Positions 26,601 to 34,287 of a DNA stretch of 41,073 nt are shown here, piece after piece. How positions within the stretch are numbered: the stretch's first letter is position 1; every line of letters starts with the position of its first letter. The translations under genes were made by a program, and so were the position numbers. This stretch comes from Bacteroidia bacterium (GTDB lineage Bacteria > Bacteroidota > Bacteroidia > 2-12-FULL-35-15). The notes under the pieces are model-generated. The model did no database searches. It saw nothing but the letters and a program-made list of their open reading frames with translations, and was not told the origin of the DNA. The stretch lies in assembly GCA_036170695.1 (NCBI GenBank), contig JAVHPR010000259.1:1-41073 (forward strand). The letters are read 5' to 3'.

Positions 26601-28699
26601 TAACAGTGAATCCGAAACCATCAGCCAACTTCACAGCCTTAAAAGTATGTCATGGCAATGCAACACATTTCATTGATAACTCCACAACATCTTTTGGAAT
26701 TATTAACACATGGAGTTGGAATTTTGGCAACGGGAGCCCTGTAAACAATACCCCGTCGCCCTTTTACATTTATCCTGCTGCAGGAATTGATACGGCTACA
26801 TTGCTAGTAAGTAATAATTTTGCTTGTTCTGATACGGTTACAAAAGCAGTTACTGTCAATTTTAACCCAACAGCATACTTTACTCATCACGATGTTTGTT
26901 TTGGAGATACCGTTTATTTCATGGATTCTTCTTTTGTTAATTCATCCTTTAACTTACCCGATTCAGTTGGCACATATCTTTGGGATTTAGGTTATCCCGG
27001 CAGTGTAAATAGCTATGATACCAATACTTCACATTATTATTCTCTCCCCGACATTTACAATGTTACTTTAGTAGTTACCACGGGAAACGGATGTTCTGAT
27101 ATAGTATCGATCCCGGTAAAAGTTTTTGATTCGCCAACTTCCGGATTTACATTTAACGATACTTGTTTGTTTGATTCTGTATTATTTACAAATACATCAC
27201 TTAATCCAACCCTTGTTACCGGCACTATCTCAAGCTGGTCATGGAATTTTGGGGATGGTTCTACCTTAGTCACGAATGCATGGAGTCCAAATCACCTTTA
27301 TTCTGCATTTGGAAATTATCAGGTTACATTGATTACACATTCTTCTAATCTAGGCTGCCTTGATACGTTAAAGGACTCCATTACTATATTCCCTATGCCA
27401 ATTGCTGCTTTTAGTTCTGCCGATGTTTGTTTAAACCAGGCAATGTTTTTCTATGATTCTTCTACCGTTGCAATTGGTACTGTTTCCGGTTGGTTATGGA
27501 ATTTTGGGGATAGCACTCTTTTTGGCAACACTCAAAATATTTCTCATGGTTTTTCATTCCCGACTACCCATTCTGTTTCACTGATTGCCACTAGTATTCA
27601 TGGATGTAAAGATACCATTGCAAAAAATGTGGTGGTTCATCCACTACCTGAAGTTGACTACAGTACAACAAATGTTTGTGATGGCAGCATTGTTTCCTAT
27701 GCGGATTTAACAACAATTCCGATAACTGATACACTACAATCCTGGACATGGGATTTTGATGACAACAGCACTGTGGATACAAACCAAAACACATCTCATT
27801 TATACACAGATCCTGGCTCGTATTCAGTTCAGCTCGTTGTGGTTTCTTCTTTCGGATGCATAGATTCCACCGCTAAAACAAGCATTGTTAATCCTAATCC
27901 TGTTGTCGATTTTGGAGCAAATGACAGTACTGGCTGCGAACCCTTTTGTGTTAGTTTTCAAGATTCGTCTTCAATAATAACAGGCAATAATGTGGCCTGG
28001 TTGTGGAATTTTGGTGATACTAGCTCAACCAGCAATTTACAGAATTCTCTTTTTTGTTACCACAACGATTCTGTTTATTCACCGATGTATTATACTATTT
28101 CCCTCACAGTTACTTCTGATAGTGGCTGTGTCGCTACCGTTTCGGAAAATAATTTCATCACCGTATATCCAAAACCAAACGCTAATTTTATTGTTGAGCC
28201 TAATACAGCTACAATTATAAACCCTGTTATTTCAATGACAGACTTATCTATAGGGGCTAATTTTTGGACCTGGAATTTTGGTGATCTGGATACAGCCTCC
28301 GGGCTTACCCCTTCCCCCCATACCTTTGCAGATACCGGCACTTATACAATAACGCTGATTACCACAACTCAATATGGCTGTTTAGATACCGCTTATCAAA
28401 ATATTATTATTGAACCGGATTTTGTATTTTATATTCCCAACTCATTTACCCCTAATGACGATGGCATAAATGATTATTTTTCGGGGAAAGGAATTTTTAT
28501 TATTAAATATGAAATGAGTATTTATGACCGTTGGGGTAATTTGATTTTCTTTACTGATGATCTGGACAAACCTTGGGATGGCAAGGCAAATCATGGAGAT
28601 GAAATCGCACAAATGGATGTGTACATATATTCTATCAAAATTACTGATATAAAAATGACAGAACACAACTATAAAGGGCGGGTTACCTTAGTAAAATAA
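20621..28699 (+). CDS. Giant secreted Ig-like/PKD-repeat protein with T9SS type B (gliding-motility-associated) CTD
   Basis: Signal peptide; about 1550-aa Cys-rich non-repetitive region; 4 x 95-aa repeats; 7 PKD domains (WxWxFGD); CTD FYIPNSFTPNDDGINDYF...IYDRWG...WDG...GRVTLVK. Confidence 0.93.
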   Translation: MKKLLLIILLSILTIYGWSQSSPGGMLSITSIVPSQITICGEAKLFTISITNPSPFSITNDTLVLSMPPGINYQASSMTGGATLITTIYNSNYTKYFFLLPPIPAYSPPPATLPSLNLTYTAKAQCNVLQFMSGGGIIKNDVRINYTANNVATYDFINTSTYFVKSPFLTITSISNQSYSAVIPATFTRCITVINGGSGELSSFSITDVHAAGIAISSISTGVLTNTGLTAKIVLNGTDFTSVGNGNNLFESGESITICETVNVSDCISGTSKIKAFWGCSINPCQSTPETPANVFFPNYVPNLIITPIPSQSSCLGSGSPSLQQLKIRNGGLGKATNVQLDIFQSTGGGYNTNVGSSIDPASFTIQVGIASTPVSITPTGSQNTNQLNCMPANPKGRVFINIPTINAGDTVYLKWNSYSCCWNSCAPSSGQSYINGWRYQGSYQSICQNNYVIYNNWGRVYSNIYGALTPDGSPATLSNGQTGTFNFLFSNYHNSYPVGPGANWKFEFTLPSFPCLSYSNIKILSYDGVTIWSPTSVTASGNTVTAIFNGSPPFTLSHAELMINLSLNCGLCNGTDSLTSISVKSYYIPDNTCGCEIGVSCQSIPFNINCPSPCPVGMLINNFDMSRTSLGLPDNEAGGGNGIPDGGGSLNPLKIKTNRAMFGDTITTAFTGILYKDISHPNLQFCYASSSISHGDLLSFLDAELFIYRAGALFATCTNFTPTITTSGSTSIFLYDLSVSSLISNGCALPGGGTYENTTFDSLIFKPRYKVATNIGNATPINCFSTNQFYLSDIANPTSEANKFHCGHYNGSCTVIGYFFLNHEAESYDTKSCDDIILKQNYYLSLGPGYNNNAGGNFFPYEYRNWAHISNLTAIIPAGYTFSSAQFNQIRTAGTLNTSTSPWIPITPSNLNSDTLSFPVDSNFPGTIPLGDDDFYGTLEVTVKPSCEVTPWTYKPVRNEITFTPVSLITGPGSDTTFLSEEDDQILYDPPVLFLQSPLPSILATSNTASWDVIISNTSNISNALNTWLSGPSISGVSIIQVVDLDLGTPISPINTGIYPVGTVNAMETRNFRITATYTSCFQDSLIIYSGWNCAVGYPSSVADYPCTPEKIVLTLTPLMPVFHLDITGPSSSIQLCDTASFTVDGVNAQLGTAYNVVLTATLPPGAILVSGSSQFSYPDTNQYINISDPTLISGNTYSWNISAIDSLIGIDGLKGLLDTTLNSFHLVFKTTTDCGFISGSTIISNITGNSSCGQVTEQEIFFSTPLDIIGAAGLYTTAIELSTTYVSPCAGNSTMLVVVHNLGPTAFGITDSVAITLPSGVPFINNSFSGIYNAPGSGTPLQYTLNGETYLSWQLPTGLAAGDSSVFTFQYKGNPHELGCGIIFFEAQTFSVSVITCLATQNDCITKIITGDSSLAVFTYKAYLSLSNGDATSIPNPPGGETVTVNYDITNTGQAILTDADSIVQFFYDSNGNGAYNPGDVFLAEDTLVIPKDSTVRYSSTFNVAAGQGCAIIAVIDPSVNSCVCDSSQLLILPSLKSLGKDTILCSGQTMVMNTDSVTGYTYVWTPVTDLSAGNIADPILTASNLTSAPIPTTYFLSTNRINCSSEDTILIIVNPLPTGTITGTTDVCVGATAPDIIFIGSTSTAPYTFTYTINGGANQTISTTNGDSVTLSAPTSVIGTYIYNLVSIQDASSTACFQTQNDSVIIKVNPLPTATVGGTTAVCKGATPPNIIFKGALGAAPYTFSYNINGGAIQTVSSINGDSAVVSVPIGIVGVYTYNLTGVQDSSSSFCFQAQNGSATITVNPLPTATIEGTAAVCLNDITFITFTGSEGTAPYTFTYTVNGGANQTVITTGGDTVVKILVPTVSNGSFKYVLWSVMDSSPTACSQSKEDSATVTIDPLPSASIDSSITVCQGASLPIITFVGYGGVSPYTFKYTINGDTQPTIVTIIGDSITLAAPTNTAGTFIYSLISVQDANIAACTHPQTGDATITVNPKPSANFTALKVCHGNATHFIDNSTTSFGIINTWSWNFGNGSPVNNTPSPFYIYPAAGIDTATLLVSNNFACSDTVTKAVTVNFNPTAYFTHHDVCFGDTVYFMDSSFVNSSFNLPDSVGTYLWDLGYPGSVNSYDTNTSHYYSLPDIYNVTLVVTTGNGCSDIVSIPVKVFDSPTSGFTFNDTCLFDSVLFTNTSLNPTLVTGTISSWSWNFGDGSTLVTNAWSPNHLYSAFGNYQVTLITHSSNLGCLDTLKDSITIFPMPIAAFSSADVCLNQAMFFYDSSTVAIGTVSGWLWNFGDSTLFGNTQNISHGFSFPTTHSVSLIATSIHGCKDTIAKNVVVHPLPEVDYSTTNVCDGSIVSYADLTTIPITDTLQSWTWDFDDNSTVDTNQNTSHLYTDPGSYSVQLVVVSSFGCIDSTAKTSIVNPNPVVDFGANDSTGCEPFCVSFQDSSSIITGNNVAWLWNFGDTSSTSNLQNSLFCYHNDSVYSPMYYTISLTVTSDSGCVATVSENNFITVYPKPNANFIVEPNTATIINPVISMTDLSIGANFWTWNFGDLDTASGLTPSPHTFADTGTYTITLITTTQYGCLDTAYQNIIIEPDFVFYIPNSFTPNDDGINDYFSGKGIFIIKYEMSIYDRWGNLIFFTDDLDKPWDGKANHGDEIAQMDVYIYSIKITDIKMTEHNYKGRVTLVK
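25466..26605 (+). repeat. Four intragenic 285-bp (95-aa) repeats
   Basis: VNPLPT-type starts at 25466, 25751, 26036 and 26321; each has VC, APYTFTYTING, GDS and VQDxSxxxC. Confidence 0.9.
26606..28408 (+). repeat. Seven PKD-domain repeats (82-92 aa)
   Basis: Starts at 26606, 26855, 27122, 27386, 27635, 27887 and 28163; W(S/L/T)W(N/D)FGD and VTL...GC motifs. Confidence 0.85.
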
Positions 28700-28729
28700 T
28701 TGTTCCTAACTTATATTTGTAGTATTAGG

Positions 28730-28865
28730 TTAAATTTGTTTTGACGGATAAAAGTCATTCCGACCACGTTCACTTCGTTCAGTGTAAACTCCGTGGAGGA
28801 ATCTTTTTCAAGACTAAAAAGATGTCTCGTCAAACCTCGACATGACATTGCGTCTTTTTATAATT
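28730..28865 (-). repeat. REP-doublet element homologous to 4230-4454, with a 25-bp mini-hairpin insert
   Basis: GTCATTCCGACC...GGAGGAATCT...AGATGTCTCGTCAAACCTCGACATGAC (28754-28846); insert flanked by CGT at 28767-28769 and 28792-28794. Confidence 0.75.
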
Positions 28866-28900
28866 CTGGTATGAAGCCTCAATAAATCGATGACCGCAAC

Positions 28901-30004
28901 TTAAGAATTACTTTTTGTAAATAAAACCGGAGGTATATGGGCAAAGCTACTGCCGTGCTTTTCCACAATTTCCATAATTTTAAAATTTACCTCTTCACGA
29001 ACATCCAAATACACATTATAATCGATTTTGTTAACAAAATAAATGATCATAATATTTATTGAATTGATATCAAAATTATGTAACCGTACCTGCATTTCAT
29101 CTTTTGATATATGTGGATGATTCGCTATAAATGTCTGGATGTCGGTAATAATATTTTTAAACTGACCTACTTTTGTTTCATGCGTTAAACCAACATTAAA
29201 ATTAGTGCGCCTTTGACTGCGGTGTGAAAGGTTGTCCAGTTCATTATCTACCAATTTTTTATTGGGTATTGTCACAAAACTTTTTTCTAAGGTCCTGATT
29301 CGCGTGCTTCGGAACCCAATATTTTCAACATTACCAACCACTTCCCCACTTTTAATTAAATCTCCAATCACAAAAGGTTTATCAAGAAAAATAGTAAATG
29401 AACCTAATAAGTTTTCCAGGGACTCCTTTGCAGCCAATGCTATTGCTAAACCTCCTATTCCCAAACCGGCAACGAGCGAGGCTACATTCAATTCAAATAT
29501 GGCTCCAAGAATAAAAAAAACAGAGAAAATAATTACGACTACTTTGAGTGCCTCTGTAATAAACAAAACCAACTGGTCATCTGTTTTTGACTCGGTTAAG
29601 GATGCACGGTACATAAAAATTAACCCCAAAAAATCAATTACCCTGAGAAAAATCCAGGAAATGGAAAAAACCAGTGCGATTTGAAACGAACGATATAAAA
29701 CCATTCTCAACCCGAATTTTTCAATTGTTACAAAATTCCATTCAGCAGGAAACGCCAATCGGTCGAACGCTAAATAAAAAACAATCAGCATAATAAATAC
29801 GCCCATTGGTTTTTTTACTAATACTAATAGCCTGCTATACCCTATATCCGTTGAATATTTTTGTAAAAATTTAAAAACAAACAGGGTTAAAAGCTTTGAC
29901 AATAATCGGTGAAAAATTAATCCGACTACTATTATTCCTATAAACCAGCAGTAACTTTCTAAAGTATTTCCCAGCAGGCTGAGATTCCAAAAATTGCTTA
30001 GCAT
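28901..30004 (-). CDS. mscS: MscS-family mechanosensitive channel
   Basis: SLVAGLGIGGLAIALAAKESLENLLGS, DKPFVIGD, GNVENIGFRSTRIRT, TIPN. Confidence 0.92.
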   Translation of the reverse strand: MLSNFWNLSLLGNTLESYCWFIGIIVVGLIFHRLLSKLLTLFVFKFLQKYSTDIGYSRLLVLVKKPMGVFIMLIVFYLAFDRLAFPAEWNFVTIEKFGLRMVLYRSFQIALVFSISWIFLRVIDFLGLIFMYRASLTESKTDDQLVLFITEALKVVVIIFSVFFILGAIFELNVASLVAGLGIGGLAIALAAKESLENLLGSFTIFLDKPFVIGDLIKSGEVVGNVENIGFRSTRIRTLEKSFVTIPNKKLVDNELDNLSHRSQRRTNFNVGLTHETKVGQFKNIITDIQTFIANHPHISKDEMQVRLHNFDINSINIMIIYFVNKIDYNVYLDVREEVNFKIMEIVEKHGSSFAHIPPVLFTKSNS

Positions 30005-30046
30005 AAAAGATAATTAAATTTTTTATTGAAAATATTCAATATTATG

Positions 30047-30054
30047 CAAAAGTA
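30047..30054 (-). promoter_or_regulatory. -7 promoter box for mscS
   Basis: TACTTTTG(C) on the minus strand. Confidence 0.6.
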
Positions 30055-30196
30055 AAATGATATTTGTATAAATTTATTTAAAAAATTTTTTGTTTGAAAT
30101 AAATTTTTCGGAAATTTGTAAAACATTTATAAAACAATACTTAATTAACCATAAAAAATAAATCATTTAAATTTGTAAAAACAAATTTCATTTACA

Positions 30197-30436
30197 ATGA
30201 AAAAGCCAAATCCCAAAAAGAGTCCAGTAAAAAAAATCAATGAAAAGGCTAAGGATGCCGGAGATTTAAAAAAGACAACACTTAAGCCTCTCAAAGAAAA
30301 AGAAAAACAAAACTGGAAAAACAGTTTGAATGAGGAGGATGAAGATTTTATTATGGATGATGATATTAAACTCGACAGCAGTTTTGATGATGACGAGGAG
30401 GAAGACGATGGCGGTTTCTATGAAGATAAATTTTAA
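30197..30436 (+). CDS. Small hypothetical protein, Lys-rich N-half and Asp/Glu-rich C-tail
   Basis: 79-aa ORF filling the gap, preceded by TAAATTTG box at 30168-30175; strongly biased composition. Confidence 0.75.
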   Translation: MKKPNPKKSPVKKINEKAKDAGDLKKTTLKPLKEKEKQNWKNSLNEEDEDFIMDDDIKLDSSFDDDEEEDDGGFYEDKF

Positions 30437-30441
30437 AGCTC

Positions 30442-31548
30442 CTACCACCCTTCCCTAATATTTGGGAAGGGACTGGTAATTGCCCCACCTACATTGTCCC
30501 GAATTGCTCCAGTAACGCTCTTCAAACAATTTACTTCATTACGCAATCGCAACACCCCCAAAAAAGCAAATATCAGTGCTTCTTTAAATTCTATAGTATT
30601 TTTAGCAGGAATTGTTATTTGATGAATAACATACTTTTTAACAATTTCCATCAAAAATATATTATAAACACCTCCACCTGTTACCAATAAACTTCCCTTC
30701 GATTTGTTATTCAAAACTTTTGCAACTTGAATGGCAATATGCTCACAAAACGTTCTCAAAATATCCTTTTCAGGAAAGTCATATTTGGCCACTAGTGGAT
30801 TTATATTTTTTATAACCCATTCTTTTCCTAATGATTTTGGGCTATCGAAAGGTAATTGATAAAATGAGATTTCATTTAACTCATTTAACAAAGTCGCTTG
30901 AATAGCACCATCTCGGGCAAGCTCACCATCACCATCATATTCTTTTCCTAAAGACCGACAAACCTCATTCATCACAATATTTACAGGACAAATATCATAT
31001 GCAATACGCTCATTATTATGCTGGTATGACACATTTGCAAAACCTCCCAGGTTCAAACAATAATCAAATTCCGAAAAGAGTAACTTGTCGCCAACAGGCA
31101 CTAATGGCGCTCCTTGCCCACCCAATGCTACATCAAGGGAACGAAAATCACAAACTACAGGCAAACCACATTCAGCAGCTATAGCACTTCCTGCACCTAT
31201 TTGAACCGTTAGTTTTTTCTCGGGCTGATGAAAAATAGTATGACCATGTGAGGATACAAAATCAGGATTAACATCATTCTTTTTAATAAAATCAACAACC
31301 AATCGTCCTAAGTAAGCCCCATAATCAACATGCGTTTGCTGAAATGTGATTGCATCAGTTTTTTCTAAGCTCAATAACTTTTCCTTCCAATAGGTTGGAT
31401 AGGCAATGGTTTCCCCACTAACTATTTCATATGTCCACTTATTTTCCTCAAAAGCAAACCTACAAAAGGCAATATCTACGCCATCTAGCGAGGTTCCTGA
31501 CATTACTCCAATTACGTTGTAATGAGTACTTGAATTTGTCATAAACAA
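30442..31548 (-). CDS. anmK: Anhydro-N-acetylmuramic acid kinase
   Basis: GVMSGTSLDGVD, SHGHTIFH, DFRSLDVALGGQGAPLVP, NLGGFAN, PKSLGKE, TGGG, KEALIFAFLG. Confidence 0.95.
   Translation of the reverse strand: MFMTNSSTHYNVIGVMSGTSLDGVDIAFCRFAFEENKWTYEIVSGETIAYPTYWKEKLLSLEKTDAITFQQTHVDYGAYLGRLVVDFIKKNDVNPDFVSSHGHTIFHQPEKKLTVQIGAGSAIAAECGLPVVCDFRSLDVALGGQGAPLVPVGDKLLFSEFDYCLNLGGFANVSYQHNNERIAYDICPVNIVMNEVCRSLGKEYDGDGELARDGAIQATLLNELNEISFYQLPFDSPKSLGKEWVIKNINPLVAKYDFPEKDILRTFCEHIAIQVAKVLNNKSKGSLLVTGGGVYNIFLMEIVKKYVIHQITIPAKNTIEFKEALIFAFLGVLRLRNEVNCLKSVTGAIRDNVGGAITSPFPNIREGW
30448..30471. repeat. Hairpin CCCTTCCC-TAATATTT-GGGAAGGG inside the anmK 3' end (possible terminator for the convergent gene)
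   Basis: Perfect 8-bp GC-rich stem; encodes part of SPFPNIREGW. Confidence 0.6.
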
Positions 31549-31572
31549 TTAGCGAATTTAAAATTTAAAATT

Positions 31573-31580
31573 TACATTTG
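31573..31580 (+). promoter_or_regulatory. -7 promoter box for the acyl-CoA dehydrogenase gene
   Basis: TACATTTG(C). Confidence 0.65.
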
Positions 31581-31645
31581 CTCTCCCATCTTTAAGCGGT
31601 GGGCTAATCAAAAATAAAGGAAAATTCAACATAAAATTTACAGAT

Positions 31646-32785
31646 ATGACATTTAATTTAACTGAGGAGCACTTAATGATTCAGAAGGCGGCTCGTGATT
31701 TTGCAAACAATGTATTAAAACCAGGAGTGATTGATCGTGACGAACATCAAAAATTTCCGGCTGATGAAATAAAACAATTAGGTGAGCTTGGTTTCCTGGG
31801 AATGATGGTGGATCCGAAATATGGTGGTGGAGGAATGGATTGTATTTCCTATGTTCTGGCTATGGAAGAAATTTCTAAAATAGATGCATCCTGTTCTGTT
31901 GTCATGTCTGTAAATAATTCTCTTGTTTGTTGGGGCTTGGAAACCTTTGGTACCGAAGAGCAAAAACAAAAATACCTGACCCGGTTAGCTACAGGCGAAA
32001 TTATTGGCGCATTTTGTTTGTCGGAGCCGGAAGCTGGCTCTGATGCTACATCTCAACGCACTACAGCTATTGATAAAGGAGATCACTATTTGTTAAATGG
32101 TACAAAAAACTGGATTACTAATGGAGGTTCTGCATCTGTATATCTGGTGATAGCACAAACACATGTAGAAAAGGGACATAAAGGAATCAATGCATTTATC
32201 GTTGAGAAAGGGATGCCGGGATTTGTGGTTGGTCCGAAAGAAAATAAAATGGGTATTCGTGGATCAGATACACATTCCCTGATGTTTACCGATGTAAAAG
32301 TGCCGAAAGAGAATCGTATTGGTGAAGATGGTTTCGGATTCAAGTTCGCAATGCAAACATTATCAGGCGGAAGAATTGGAATTGCTTCACAGGCCTTGGG
32401 TATTGCATCAGGAGCTTATGAATTAGCATTGGCATACTCAAAAGAACGCAAAGCATTCGGTAAAACAATTAACCAGCACCAGATTATCCAATTCAAATTG
32501 GCTGATATGGCTACCGAAATTGAAGCTGCCAGATTACTTTGTTTGAAAGCCGCATGGTTAAAAGACCAACATCTGGATTACGTGTCTGCCGGGGCAATGG
32601 CAAAAGTTTTTTCTTCGGAAGTAGCTATGCGTACCACTGTTGAAGCAGTTCAGATACATGGCGGATATGGTTTTGTAAAAGAATACCATGTAGAACGCCT
32701 GATGCGTGATGCTAAAATTACCCAGATTTACGAAGGAACCTCTGAAGTTCAACGTATCGTTATCTCAAGAGCATTGTTAGCATAA
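31646..32785 (+). CDS. Short-chain (butyryl-CoA-type) acyl-CoA dehydrogenase
   Basis: FCLSEPEAGSDA, LNGTKNWITNG, KMGIRGSDT, GRIGIASQALG, QIHGGYG, IYEGTSEVQ. Confidence 0.95.
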   Translation: MTFNLTEEHLMIQKAARDFANNVLKPGVIDRDEHQKFPADEIKQLGELGFLGMMVDPKYGGGGMDCISYVLAMEEISKIDASCSVVMSVNNSLVCWGLETFGTEEQKQKYLTRLATGEIIGAFCLSEPEAGSDATSQRTTAIDKGDHYLLNGTKNWITNGGSASVYLVIAQTHVEKGHKGINAFIVEKGMPGFVVGPKENKMGIRGSDTHSLMFTDVKVPKENRIGEDGFGFKFAMQTLSGGRIGIASQALGIASGAYELALAYSKERKAFGKTINQHQIIQFKLADMATEIEAARLLCLKAAWLKDQHLDYVSAGAMAKVFSSEVAMRTTVEAVQIHGGYGFVKEYHVERLMRDAKITQIYEGTSEVQRIVISRALLA

Positions 32786-32817
32786 CGAGTTGGAAAGTTT
32801 TAAGTTTCAAATGACCA

Positions 32818-32890
32818 CAACGAATAACGAATTTTCTCGAATAGCGAATAAAAACTAGATTCGTTATTCGGTAAAATTCGTTATTCGTTG
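32818..32890. repeat. 73-bp imperfect palindrome built from CGAATAACGAAT / ATTCGTTATTCG units
   Basis: CAACGAATAACGAATTTT pairs with AAAATTCGTTATTCGTTG; inner CGAATAGCGAAT pairs with ATTCGTTATTCG. Confidence 0.8.
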
Positions 32891-32922
32891 AAACATAAAA
32901 ACTCATACTCTGATTGACCCCA

Positions 32923-33528
32923 ATGAAACGATTTTTTGTTACCGGTATAGGTACAGATATTGGCAAAACGATTGTTAGCACTATTTTAGTGGAAGCATTT
33001 AATGCCGATTACTGGAAACCCATTCAGGCTGGCAATCTGAACAATACGGATACAATGATAGTCCGTTCTTTAATCAGCAACACTAAATCAGCTTTTCATC
33101 CTGAAACATATCGTTTTTCAGAAGCGTTATCGCCCCACGCTGCAGCTGCAACCGATAAAATTAAAATCGAACTTCAAAAAATTATTTTACCAAAAACTAC
33201 TAACACTCTTATTATAGAAGGAGCTGGTGGAGTTATGGTTCCGTTAAATGATAAATTCCTGGTAATTGATTTGATAAAAAAACTCAAAGCAGAAGTCATT
33301 GTTGTTTCAAAAAATTATCTTGGCAGCATTAATCATACTCTCCTGACTATTGAGGCGCTTAAAAGCAGAAAAATCCCCATTGCCGGTATTATTTTCAATG
33401 GGAAACACTCGAAAGTTTCAGAAGAATATATTTTGAACTATACAAAATTAAAATGTTTACTTTCTATTGAAGATGAAAAAAAAATAGATAAAAAAACAAT
33501 TTTAAAATATACTCATTTTTTTAAATAG
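32923..33528 (+). CDS. bioD: Dethiobiotin synthase
   Basis: FVTGIGTDIGKT, YWKPIQAG, SPHAAA, IEGAGG, YLGSINHTLL; ATG at 32923. Confidence 0.95.
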   Translation: MKRFFVTGIGTDIGKTIVSTILVEAFNADYWKPIQAGNLNNTDTMIVRSLISNTKSAFHPETYRFSEALSPHAAAATDKIKIELQKIILPKTTNTLIIEGAGGVMVPLNDKFLVIDLIKKLKAEVIVVSKNYLGSINHTLLTIEALKSRKIPIAGIIFNGKHSKVSEEYILNYTKLKCLLSIEDEKKIDKKTILKYTHFFK

Positions 33529-33533
33529 CGCCA

Positions 33534-34166
33534 ATGCAAGAAAGTTACGAAAGGCTAATGTCAGGCAACAAAAAATGGTCGGTAGAAAAACTGAAACAGG
33601 ATCCCGATTTTTTTAGAAACCTTACTTTGGGACAAAATCCGGAATATTTATGGATTGGTTGTTCTGACAGCCGCGTTCCTGCCAATGAAATCACAGATAC
33701 CAAATCAGGCGAAATATTTGTGCACCGTAATATAGCCAACATGGTTGTAAATACCGATATGAATCTGTTGAGCGTATTGTATTATGCGGTTGAAGTATTA
33801 CGTGTTAAGCATATTATAGTATGCGGTCATTATGGATGTGGTGGAATTACAGCCGCAATGCGTAATCATGATAATGGATTCGTCAATAACTGGCTACTCA
33901 ATATAAAGGAGGTTTACGAAAAACATAAAAACGAACTGGAATCTATTATCGATTTAAAAGAACGTGAAAACCGGTTGGTTGAACTAAACGTGCATGAACA
34001 AGTGCATAACCTTTCTAAAACCCTTATTGTCCAGCAGGCATGGAAAAAACGTCAACTATTGATCCATGGCTGGGTGTATGGTTTTAACGATGGATTGATT
34101 ACTGATTTACATGTGATGATGGATGAAATCAGTGATTTGGAGCCAATTTTTAGATATGATTTATAA
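33534..34166 (+). CDS. can: Beta-class carbonic anhydrase
   Basis: WIGCSDSRVP, FVHRNIAN, VCGHYGCGG, HGWVY. Confidence 0.95.
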   Translation: MQESYERLMSGNKKWSVEKLKQDPDFFRNLTLGQNPEYLWIGCSDSRVPANEITDTKSGEIFVHRNIANMVVNTDMNLLSVLYYAVEVLRVKHIIVCGHYGCGGITAAMRNHDNGFVNNWLLNIKEVYEKHKNELESIIDLKERENRLVELNVHEQVHNLSKTLIVQQAWKKRQLLIHGWVYGFNDGLITDLHVMMDEISDLEPIFRYDL

Positions 34167-34188
34167 AAAATGAATCCTTCATGTGCAC

Positions 34189-34226
34189 AAAAAAAGCTAA
34201 TTGAAATAAATTCAATTAGCTTTTTT
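34189..34226. terminator. Bidirectional intrinsic terminator
   Basis: AAAAAAGCTAATTGAA-ATAAA-TTCAATTAGCTTTTTT between convergent genes. Confidence 0.8.
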
Positions 34227-34287
34227 ACTTAGATCTAAACAAAGTGTAAACTATCGTTTTAAGCAATTTTTTGATCCTTGTTTCGCT

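Noticed and set aside
20512-28666. Antisense and alternate-frame ORFs within the giant gene
   Set aside because: Shadow ORFs of a long coding strand; no motifs
29232-29684. 150-aa ORF antisense to mscS (and similar ORFs opposite coaX, lutB, hflX, the acyl-CoA dehydrogenase and C25 genes)
   Set aside because: Fully overlap well-supported genes; Ser/Pro/Ile-rich antisense composition
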